From Eledone cirrhosa (Eukaryota), in assembly GCA_964016885.1 (NCBI GenBank), contig OZ024747.1:36952001-37016000 (forward strand): a stretch of 64,000 nt of DNA, read 5' to 3'. Made by a program: the position numbers and the translations under genes. Positions within the stretch are counted from its first letter, which is position 1, and each line of letters begins with the position of its first letter. Below the pieces are notes generated by a model. It did no database searches. It was given only the letters and a program-made list of their open reading frames with translations, and was not told the DNA's origin. Shown piece after piece: positions 52,752-64,000 of this stretch.

Positions 52752-53479
52752 TAATTGATATATGCAGATATGTATGTTTCTGTTTACGCATGTACTCATG
52801 CCTAACTGCCATATATGCATTAAGAGTCTATCTCTTTTACAAAAAGTAATTAATCATAGAAAATCCTATAATTTAAATTTGCATTTTTGTAATTTCACAA
52901 ATGGCAAAAATATTGATTGGAATCTCGAGATTCCAGAAAGCAATCTAAGCTTTCTATCGAAGTTCTTAACAATATTTTAATGTAAGAACCGTAATAACTA
53001 TTTCAAGATTAATTTTAAACTTCCAATTGTTATACGATCGTTATATTTGCCATTTGCATTTCGGGATTTTCAAATGAATTTCTATTCGAAAAATATTTTT
53101 CCTGATTTGTATGTATTTTTGTAATTATTTATTTAATTTCTAAATCTTCAATAAAATGCGCTTCTACTTATCGCCATTATGATCAACTTACAACACCTTA
53201 CAACACCAGCGAGAAGGTCATATTCCCTCGCAAGAACTGATATAAACAGAAGTCGTATCTACCTCATTCCATTCTTAATTTTTAACTACGAAAGAACCTA
53301 TTAACAAATGCAGCCCTATATATAACATAGAATGAGACACTCATGGTTATTCTTGTAGAAATCTACACTGTTGTCTAAAGATCTGTAAGGTGAGACCCGG
53401 TCTTTACGTTAAGGGAAATATGTAACTGTCCACATTATATCTATGTGAAAAGCTTGATATCCAAACAGTGTCACTGTAA

Positions 53480-53590
53480 TGATTACGAGGTCGATAAAAT
53501 AAAGTACCAGTAACGCCCGGGTTGATTTATTTGATATTCCTCTCCCTTAAAATATTTGGTCATGTGTCTAAATCAGAAATCATTATTGAC
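53480..53590 (+). mobile_element. SINE 3' fragment
   Basis: ggtcgataaaataaagtaccag...agaaatcattatt. Confidence 0.65.
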
Positions 53591-53645
53591 ATTGTAATTC
53601 ATTTTAACCTTTGAATCATTCAAGGGCATTTTTAATTCTAATTCG

Positions 53646-53805
<160 letters not shown>

Positions 53806-54682
53806 CTGCATGCATGCCTGCGTTCAGTCGATGCAGAAACGTATTCTAATTCCATAGATGAAACAGGTGTGAGATTTCTTTTTCAAAATAAGCTTCAATG
53901 TGTCTTTGTTAACTTTCTTTGTACTCGGTGAAGTCAGAAGTTCAACATACTATATTGTATATAATATAGAACCCCTAATGAGTTTCTACAGTGGCGAATT
54001 TTATGTATATAAGGTAGGTACTGAATAGGTATTTTGCCAGTAGAATATTACACACAACATTAGTGAAAATACAAGACCTCTCTAAACATTAGGCTAGTTT
54101 ATTGCTACTGATACATATTTTCATCTGAAAACCCTGGAGCAACGCGAAATGAAAAATTTTCCCTCGAAGACAACATATAATACTGTCGATAAACAGAACG
54201 TAGAAAATTATGATCATAAGCCTAAATACCATAACAAAAACTAATACCAATACCAATACCAAGCCGTGTGCCTATACAGCCTATGTTGTTTTGAAGTACA
54301 ATACATGAGATAATACTGCAGTAGGACTGGGAAATGTCTGTTCAATATATGATAACATGTCTGTTCAATATATACTGGGTCTAGGATTAAACATCGACAA
54401 AAGCCATAAATTAGTCCCACTCGATTTCTGCTGCATAACTGAATAGATTAAAGTGGGAAGCTGACAGTAACAGTATGCGAACGATGAGATCAGGGGATCT
54501 AGATTAAACTAAAAAATCATAGGGGACGCTTTTCATCACAACCATCGCACAGTAATGCTGCCAACAAAAGTCACGATTTGAATATTAAACCAAATCTATT
54601 GCAGATAATTAACCGTTTCTTGGTACAAAATTGTCAAATTCAAAACAGTACACCAACCCTATTTTTTCCCCATGTGCCTACA

Positions 54683-54936
<254 letters not shown>

Positions 54937-55288
54937 CTGCCTGTTCGTGTAGTGTGTGTGTAAGAGTATGTGTGTGTACGTATGTGTAAGTATAGAAGCA
55001 TGTCTGCTATATAAGAAACACCTGATTTCATAGATGTATTCAGTAGAGAGATGAATGTGTAAATATGTCTAACAATTTACATACCATTAGTTATATATCT
55101 CGGTATCTGTATATGTGTGTGTGTCAGTCTCTCAATGAATGTGTGTGTACATAATCAGGTATATTTACTTGTGTAAGTAACTTCACCTTAGTTACCGGAG
55201 CTGAAATGTATAGTTATGTGCAAAATTACAGGAAATGTAGACATACACATACGCACACGCAAATATGCAAACACATGCACACACGCAC

Positions 55289-55319
<31 letters not shown>

Positions 55320-55444
55320 GATATATGTATATATATACATTCACACGTAGAAACATAAATTCAGATATGTACAAATAAACGCATACGAACTCATCAATAT
55401 TGATGAATTTATATATACATAACTACGTTATATATGTGTGTGTG

Positions 55445-55482
<38 letters not shown>

Positions 55483-55883
55483 ACAGAGACATGCATACAT
55501 ATATACACATGTTTGAAGTATTCCTTACATAAGCTACCACATTATTCCTTTTATCGACCTGTTCGATTCTGTTCGGCATTGCAATGTTGGCTGTGAATTC
55601 TAACAAGAATGGTAATTACAGATTTCAAACACACACCTCCTATTAGATATTCTACAAGTCGTCTGTTCGTTTGTGGTATTTTACTCTTCTGTTTTTGTTT
55701 TCTTGAAATCCTGAATGCAATACTTAATCTGAACATAAATATATATCTTCATTCAAAACATGTAACAGCTATACAACAATGTCTTAATTGACACGGCTGA
55801 GAACTAAGATTCCATCTTCTGACTGTATTTCTCTGTTTGCTATTATTTTTTTTATTTTTTATAGAATACATGGTTCCTCGAGA

Positions 55884-55982
55884 AGGCGCGTGGCTTAGTG
55901 GTTAAAGCGTTGAGCTCACAATCATAAGGCTCTGAGTTCGAAACCCAGACCGGGTTCTTGAGCAAAAGACTTTATTTCACGT
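55884..55982 (+). mobile_element. tRNA-derived SINE head (not a tRNA gene)
   Basis: A box tggcttagtgg, B box gagttcgaaaccc, followed by cttgagcaa..actttatttcac SINE body. Confidence 0.7.
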
Positions 55983-55988
55983 ACACTG

Positions 55989-56024
<36 letters not shown>

Positions 56025-56617
56025 ATAGTTATACTATTTATGGTTATGTAAACACAAGACCTTAAGCAGTTGTAAGTATTTTACACACACCCTAAATAGT
56101 GGTAGGCAGTATTGTATTACTATAAATGTAATCTCGAAGTGTGTACTGCCACTCTAAATTCTGTAATGAATGTTGACCCACAATGTTTGAATATGTATCA
56201 ATGTTTGAATATGTATTGGTATGTCTCTCGGCTGAAGGGGAGGTCATATAACTGTCCATGCATTAATAAATTGCTCCGAAGAATCCAAACCTCGGTTTGG
56301 AGGAAACAGCTGTAAGCACAATAATGTTTTGAACAGTTCTTTGATTCTTATATTTAATATATATATATATATATTTATATAATATAAAACGAAAAATCAG
56401 TATTGCATCTGGACTCAATTTATTGTGTGTTACAATTGTTTCGCCGGCAGACAGCTCGAGACACGATGATTGTATGGATCTGTCTGATTCTGGAACTGCA
56501 GGTTCGTCGGACACTGGCAATAATACCGGATCAAATTTTCTCACTGGGGTGTTAGCGTAAAAAAACATCTTCCTCGCTTGTCCTGCTGTTGGCTGTTGTT
56601 TTTCTACGTCATCAGAA

Positions 56618-56705
<88 letters not shown>

Positions 56706-56930
56706 TAAAAAAATAATGAATAAAACAATGAAACAGTTCCTTATATTAAACAAAAAAAGTTCATTATTTAACGATCGTTTCTAGGATATATATGTGTTAG
56801 AATTGGCATGCATATTCAACAGATCTATGTACAAAATTATACAAAATTATACAAACTATCAAAATTAAATATACATACCAAACACATATATACGGATTGG
56901 ACACTACCGTAAACTCTTGGTAGATTTATC

Positions 56931-56981
<51 letters not shown>

Positions 56982-56985
<4 letters not shown>

Positions 56986-59301
56986 TAAAAGAGAAAACAC
57001 AGGTAAGCATTAAGAGTAGGATTTTATCCAGGTATTTACGACCGTTTCATTGGTAAGTGCAACCTTATATTGCTATACTGCAAATAGCAGCCACTCAATT
57101 ATAATTGTTGTTCACTTCATGTCGTAGAATGTAGTGAGTTAAAGAGAATTAAATTGATCATAGTGGGAGAGAGAGAGGGGGAAAATTTAAAGATATATAT
57201 ATATATAAAAATAAAGATAAAGATAATAATGACAAAAATATAAGCAAAGATGGGGGTGAGAAAGAAGAAAAGAAAAGATAGCCAAGAAGGGGAGGGGAGG
57301 AAGGAAGAAAACGAAGAAATAGAAAAGGAATGAGGGAGAAGAGGGGGATATATGTATTGGTTGTGTGGGTAATTAAAAGGGTTTAGATACAAGAAGAGGG
57401 TATAAAGTCTAAGTATATGCAATTTGTCAGTTGGTAGTAAGAGGTTAAGGGTTCGATTTGTAGTGCGAAAACTTCTCTTTGAATCTATGGTTACAATAAA
57501 TTGATCTTTCGATTTTATTGTTGAGTAACTTATTCTTCGAACTTAAGATGTGGAACAGCTCAAGGTCGCATAATCGACAGCTTCTCATACCACTCCGATA
57601 TGGGGGCGCGTTCGATAATATTTTCCACTTCAGGGTGTATTGATGGTTACTTTCTCTCAGTTGCCAGGTCTTGTTTGCAAGGGTAGTTACATAACGATGC
57701 TGGGAATGTTCCATTGCGTAACGGTGTGTATACCAACGGGCTTTAAATGTATTCCCAGTCGCTCCGATGTAATACCATTTCTAGTTGTCGGATTCCACTG
57801 TGCATTGGTAAACCAGGTTAGACTGCATACATTCATTATGTAATGGACAGGTTTCAGGTAAGTGGCAGTTACAATTCTTGTCATGGTCAACTTTGGCATT
57901 ATTGGTGGGCTACGATGCCTGTACACGTGTGTTACGTTTTGTTTGCCTATTAGCGGGTGATTGTGTATTAGATATTCTGTTGTGTTCGGTGGTGATTGTA
58001 TTGTTATTGTTGTAAATTTGTGTTTTTGTGTTGTTATGTATCTTTTTAGCGTTAAGTATCTTAATGTGTGCCTCTATATTTGGTGCCGTGGAGTAAGATA
58101 GTCTAATAGATTTAGTGTTAAGGATTTTGCTGTAACTATGTGAATCTGGAAAGTGCTTATTTATTATTCTAAAGAAGGTAGAGGGTAGGTTGGTACTAAT
58201 AGAGGTGTTAAATATGGGGTTATACCAAATATATTTTCTACTGCGTGACTTGTTTGATTTCGATGTTGTATTTCTATTTACCGTATACTTTGCAGTTCTA
58301 TGCGTAAGTGCGTGTGTGCGTGTGTTAACGGAGTTTGTGTTATGCGTGTTCGTGTGCGCTTCACGGAGGCTTTCATCTATATATTCTACTCTATCTAAGT
58401 GGCCTACCTTGTCTAATGCGGTATTGTAGTATTCTGCATGTTCTTCGAAGATTTGTCGGTTAGACGAGAGGCAGGAGATCCTAAGGGATATGCTGCGTGG
58501 AATGGATTTAATTATGGGTAGTGGGTGGTTTGAGTTACAGTTGATGTATTCTTAGTTTTCATTATTCTTGTGAAAAGGTCTTATAAGTCCCGTTTTATGT
58601 TAATAGTCGCGTCTAGAAATTAACTGTTTTAGTGCTATACTCATACGTTATGCTAAGGCCTAGTTTTCCGAGAGTCTTTCTAATATTCTTACGGAGACTT
58701 TCTATGCTCTGGTTATTTAGGTTCTTAACTAGGAGAAGGGCGTCGTCTCTGTAGATTCCACCGTGAAGGTCGCTAAACTCACTTTGTAAACTATGGGCTA
58801 TGTCAATACCTACTAAATCTGTGACTTGAGCCGAGTCGTTAGCCCCCATCCTGATGTCAAAGTTATTTAATCTGTCCTTAGGTTCCCAATAGGCGTTTTC
58901 GAATTTAATTATTGTTTTCCTAGCAGCTAATATGATTTTTATCTCGTCGTCTGTTATGTCAGAATTGGCTTTTGCGAATGCTAAGGCTTTATTCAAGGTG
59001 TTGGGGGATATAGATGAGTAATAATCGTTAATGTCAAATCGTTAATGTCAATTATAATTGAGTGACTGCAATTTGCAGTATAGCAATATAAAGTTGCACT
59101 TACCAATGAAACGGTCGTAAGTACCTGGATAAAATCCTTCTCTTAATGCTTACCTGTCTTTTCTCTTTTATACTTTATACTCCAAAATTGAACGGAATTC
59201 TTACATACTTGTAGAGTTACCCCTAACCGTACTTTGAAACCATCCATGAAACTGGCTTTCTTAACCAAGAACTGGATCACAATAAGCAATTGTTTGCTTC
59301 T

Positions 59302-59306
<5 letters not shown>
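56982..59306 (-). mobile_element. Naiad-type Penelope-like element, 5'-truncated, with inverted pLTR and tail, inserted in (TA)n
   Basis: MGANDSAQ...GIYRDDAL (58613-58996); CNC..CPL..C, YYIGAT, CRLCDLE; arms 56982-57107 and 59049-59174 plus about 130-nt tail ending taac(TA)n. Confidence 0.9.
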
Positions 59307-59332
<26 letters not shown>

Positions 59333-59339
<7 letters not shown>

Positions 59340-59967
59340 GTGAGGTTTTTTTTACAAATTGAAAAATAACCGAGGTGTCCTACACGAGTGAAAGTATAAA
59401 GAAAAAGAGATGAAATCGAAAATGCAACTGGAGTCTTATTTTTTTTTTAAATATATATATTTATTTGGTTCCTTTGCCGGTTTCGCAGTTCTTCTGCTTT
59501 TCAAAAGGTGAGTTGAGATGGAGGGTCTATGGTTTTTCTCACAAAAAAAAAAAGAGAGCCGTATCCCAAAACAAAGCGCGTCCTGGTCAACTCTGACAAA
59601 GCAGACATCCCAGTCATGACCGTTCGATTTTTAGGCGTATCTAATCTATTATCCTATCTATTACATAATTTGAGGGAGATTCGGTTACTATTTCTAGCAT
59701 ACATATACTACTATACCGATTCATATTTAGTTTTTCCATACACATACATGCTTTGAGAGGCGACCTTCGCAAACTAGAGAAGCGATGAATGAAGCCCTCA
59801 GCATCGATAAATTCTTCGTTATATTTTGAGAAAAATCACAGACCCTCCATCTCAACTCACCTTTTGAAAAGCAGAAGAACTGCGAAACCGGTAAAGGAAC
59901 CAAATAAATATATATATATTTTTTTTAAAATAAGACTCCAGTTGCATTTTCGATTTCATCTATTTTT

Positions 59968-59973
<6 letters not shown>
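59333..59973. mobile_element. (TA)n-flanked fold-back element (arms about 59393-59540 and 59827-59973, tail on left)
   Basis: Inverted repeat with about 290-nt spacer; hammerhead variant in each arm. Confidence 0.85.
59860..59897 (+). ncRNA. Minimal hammerhead, U3-A8 compensatory variant (mirror copy 59471-59508 has GCA at the cleavage site)
   Basis: cctt TTGAAAA gcag-aagaa-ctgc GAAA ccgg TA aagg. Confidence 0.8.
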
Positions 59974-60009
<36 letters not shown>

Positions 60010-60185
60010 CTTAATTTAGTTATTATTGCACCAACGTGAGGTATATGATTTTTAATGCAATGAAATATCTATGATCGTTGGCAAATCACTGATGAGGGAC
60101 TCATTTTATAACATGTTATCCATGTGCAACCTGCAGTATTTTTCTCCCCATTTTTTCACATATATTTACCTAAACTGCGATTCTG

Positions 60186-60229
<44 letters not shown>

Positions 60230-60578
60230 TGCTCCTTCGTTCTCTCTGTTTCTCTTACTTTCTTTCGCCCCCTCTGTCATGTCAGTTAACACTTTCTCTC
60301 TACTGACCTCTTCCTCACACTTCCACTCACTCACTCACTGTTTCTCCCCTTCTCACTTCACCCCGTTCACGACGTAAACAAATTCCTTCTTTCTTGCATT
60401 TGGATTCATCTCGAAAGGTCTTTTTTTTCTACGCGCTCATATATTCACCCAGCTTATGCTGACAGAACACCTATGTAGCTTGTGCCCTTCCTATCTACGG
60501 TTAGCTTTCCTCTTTGTTGTTACTTGTCTCACTCGCTTTACGCGTTTTAATTGTCCTAATAACTTAATTTAGTTATTA

Positions 60579-61528
60579 CTAGCAGTAAAGCCCGGCGTTG
60601 CTCGGGGTCGCTCAGTAGCTGTGTTAAAGTTACAATGTTAAGTTTCTTTCTTGGCTTAAAAACTGTAGTGTCTACTGTGCAGACTTGTATGTGGTGTTTT
60701 TGATTAATATTCCCTCAACCAACAATATGCCTTATGAAGTTAAGAAAACATAACGATAACCCGAATGTTATAACAAAAGAGGATGCTGGGGATAGAAACT
60801 GCACTGGTTATTTATTAACAAAGATCGAAAATGTAAACACTGCAACACAGAGAAAAACATTAGCGTAACCAAATTATCAGTTATGTCTGTCTGCACGCCT
60901 ATATCACCTCTCTGCACGACTGTCTGTCTGCACGCCTATATCACCTCTCTGCACGACTGTCTGTCTGCACGCCTATATCACCTCTCTGCACGACTGTCTG
61001 TCTGCACGCGTATATCACCTCTCTGCACGACTGTCTGTCTGCACGACTGTCTGTCTGCACGCCTAACGACGAAATATTTGCTTGTTTTACGTAGTCTTTA
61101 AATAGACTTGTTTTCAAGTAAAAATATTGTTTTAAAATGCTTTTAAATGGAAATGAAGCAAAACGGAAGTTTAGTGTTCGAACTGATGAATTTTGCAGGT
61201 CAATATTTTGCTGGCTCGACAACTGTTCGTGTATTGTGTTAATGTCATTTTAAACGCTGAGAAAGCCAGCGTAATTTTTTACGTAAGACGCTCAATGTAA
61301 ACAGAACAAAGGGAAATAACTGATAACTTACGCTCAAAAATCGATACATTATATTCGATTTCGTCACATAGGGTGGGTCAATTTGAAATATTTTTTTTCC
61401 GATGTCTTCGCTAGGGCTCAATGTACAAGTATAGCAATTTCGGTGCTATTCCGTGAGAGATTCTAAGAGGAGATGTGTGCCAAAAATCGATAGACAGACA
61501 GACAACCACAGTTTTATATATATATAGA
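60579..61528 (-). mobile_element. Non-autonomous Helitron
   Basis: Minus strand 5'-TC...CTAG-3' between A and T with no TSD; subterminal hairpin cccgagcaacgccggg; empty site in the paralogous repeat near 60025. Confidence 0.9.
60884..61063. repeat. 37-bp minisatellite (about 4.5 copies) inside the Helitron
   Basis: Unit ctgtctgtctgcacgcctatatcacctctctgcacga. Confidence 0.93.
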
Positions 61529-61659
61529 TTGCACCAACGTGAGGTATATGATTTTTAATGCAATGAAATATCTATGATCGTTGGCAAATCACTGATGAGG
61601 GACTCATTTTATAACATGTTATCCATGTGCAACCTGAAGTATTCTTCTCCCCATTTTTT

Positions 61660-61690
<31 letters not shown>

Positions 61691-61695
<5 letters not shown>

Positions 61696-62107
61696 TAAAC
61701 GGAATAGAAAATGCTGACAAATTGTTCACAGTTGAAAAATGGTTTAATTAGGAATAAAAGAGTATTAGTGATTGTATGGGTTAGTATTCAGTTGTGGTTT
61801 TAAGTTTTTAAGTTTTTACCGGTTGCGCATTTCTAAATGCTTTTCAAAAATAATTTTGAGATAGAGTGTCCGTGCTGTTTGCTCAGATCAGAGCAAACAG
61901 CACGGACACTCTATCTCAAAATTATTTTTGAAAAGCATTTAGAAATGCGCAACCGGTAAAAACTTAAAAACTTAAAACCACAACTGAATACTAACCCATA
62001 CAATCACTAATACTCTTTTATTCCTAATTAAACCATTTTTCAACTGTGAACAATTTGTCAGCATTCTCTATTCCGTTTACCAATATATAATAACTTGTGT
62101 ATTCTTT

Positions 62108-62111
<4 letters not shown>
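61691..62111. mobile_element. (TA)n-flanked near-perfect palindrome (194-bp arms, 6-nt loop) plus about 27-nt tail
   Basis: Arms 61691-61884 and 61891-62084, one mismatch seen; hammerhead-like TTGAAAA gcattt-ag-aaatgc GCAA ccgg TA at 61925-61962 and its mirror. Confidence 0.9.
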
Positions 62112-62206
<95 letters not shown>

Positions 62207-62347
62207 TATTCCGCGTCGTGGAGCTGATAACGTTGTTAGGAATCAATGTGTCCTTAAGAAAGGATTGTTATACGCAAAATATTTCGCTGATTGGATTGAA
62301 TCTGATCTATAACATCATGATGTACGCAACGCATGATTATATATGTA

Positions 62348-62870
<523 letters not shown>

Positions 62871-62927
62871 ATCAATGTAAGCATGTGTGTATGCATGTAT
62901 GTACGTATGAATATATAATATATAAAT

Positions 62928-62980
<53 letters not shown>

Positions 62981-63189
62981 CGCGACTGTGTGTGCGTTAT
63001 AATAATAATAATAATATAAATTTCATGTAAACCGCTTAAAATAGAAACTACGAAAATTTCTTGAGCTATAATCGATAAACATGTAAACATATTTCAATGC
63101 AAGGCTAGTGAGCTGACCATTGTGGAAAGTAGCTATATCGCAGATGAAAGGCCTTCTTTGATCATAAGTTTGCTTGATTAATGTTGCTA

Positions 63190-63830
63190 AACATTTAAAA
63201 CAGGGGCATAAATGATAGCGAAGATCATATCATTTGTGATGAAATTCTATATCCTTATATCCACAACCTTCAATATTTTCCTTTTGACAAATATGGATGG
63301 TGGAATATATGGCTATTCGTGGGCATGCTGGTACATCAACACTGTTCTTTTCAGGCTGATTGTCAGCTCAAACTCATCACAGTTTCTCGAGAAGCAGTCC
63401 CTCAGATGTTGAAAGAACTCTTCCATGTGACTAACATCATTACAGTCCTCTGCATAAAGAAGATGACGTATCGTTGCAATATATGTTTTTTGATGCAACA
63501 TGGAATCGTTGGATGTTAAAGAGTTTTCCCGTTGTTCAATAACTTATATATATATATATATGCCAACATCATTGTTGGTGAATGCTTACATATATACATA
63601 CGGTCTAATTTGGGTTGTCTTCCTTGTAACCAAGCTACCGTCATCAGTCTTGCAGAATCCTGTCAGTTCATTCACATACACTTTCGTTCTCACAGCAGTC
63701 ATACAGGGGTGGACAATCCGATCGGTGAAACGCTCCAGTATGGGCTGGTAATTTGTTGTTGAATTAAATTTGTACGGAACTCGTCCTCGGGACTGTGTGC
63801 TCTAATTACTACGGATATAACTTTATAACT
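63190..63830 (-). mobile_element. Decayed RTE-clade LINE reverse-transcriptase fragment
   Basis: HLLYAEDC...FELTISLKRTVLMYQ resembles RTE LLYADDC...FGLTISLKKT. Confidence 0.65.
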
Positions 63831-63855
63831 TGCCCCTTATTTACCAATATATATG

Positions 63856-63904
<49 letters not shown>

Positions 63905-63907
<3 letters not shown>

Positions 63908-64000
63908 AAAACGTATGACCCCTTAGGGTCATACTTGTTCCTATTTCCCACTCTACTACCCTAAGTATTGAGTACTCTGGTGCTTTATGGTCCATCTGGT
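63905..64000. mobile_element. Short hairpin element of the same family as 45766-45928 (runs off the window)
   Basis: taggaaaacgtatgaccc-ctta-gggtcatacttgttccta then tttcccactctactaccctaagtattgagtactc. Confidence 0.75.

Larger units (their letters stand above)
60007..61665. repeat. About 160-bp direct repeat (60007-60165; second copy 60560-60578 + 61529-61665, split by a Helitron)
   Basis: taacttaatttagttatta/ttgcaccaacgtgagg...ttttttcacata present twice. Confidence 0.9.

Noticed and set aside
55590-55612. tgaattctaacaagaatg match to stem II of the array hammerhead
   Set aside because: Isolated match of about 18 nt with no flanking homology or intact core
55884-55955. tRNA gene
   Set aside because: No closed acceptor stem, and it continues into SINE body sequence
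56425-56622. Minus-strand CTGATGA and GAAAcaattgTA about 160 nt apart
   Set aside because: Stem I partners do not match; at best a rearranged pLTR relic
60085-60110. CTGATGA inside the 160-bp direct repeat
   Set aside because: No GAAA or stems in hammerhead register

Overview
Eukaryotic, AT-rich, repeat-saturated DNA with no recognisable host gene. The tRNA-derived SINE motifs and microsatellite load suggest an octopus or other cephalopod (inference). It has two parts. (1) About 2.9-39 kb is a chain of non-LTR retrotransposons, most of them bounded by (ATT)n/(TAA)n tracts: two R4/Dong-type RT+RLE families (A and B, minus strand) and an L1/Tx1-type APE-RT family (C and D, plus strand). A and B share a homologous 5' leader, and that leader also resembles the 5' end of the Tx1-type element. 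(2) About 25-64 kb holds many (TA)n-associated Penelope-like elements (Neptune- and Naiad-type remnants) and short non-coding fold-back derivatives carrying type I hammerhead ribozyme motifs, including a recurrent U3-A8 core variant. The most striking feature is at 46039-51948: 18 apparently identical head-to-tail copies of a 311-bp, heavily self-pairing unit with an intact minimal hammerhead, followed by a hairpin turn and one inverted copy, all inside (TA)n. It looks like a retrozyme/circRNA-like template reverse-transcribed by rolling circle plus snap-back. Also present: a Chapaev-type transposase pseudogene, a non-autonomous Helitron with its empty site visible nearby, SINEs and an RTE fragment. 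All coordinates were read by eye and may be off by a few bases.
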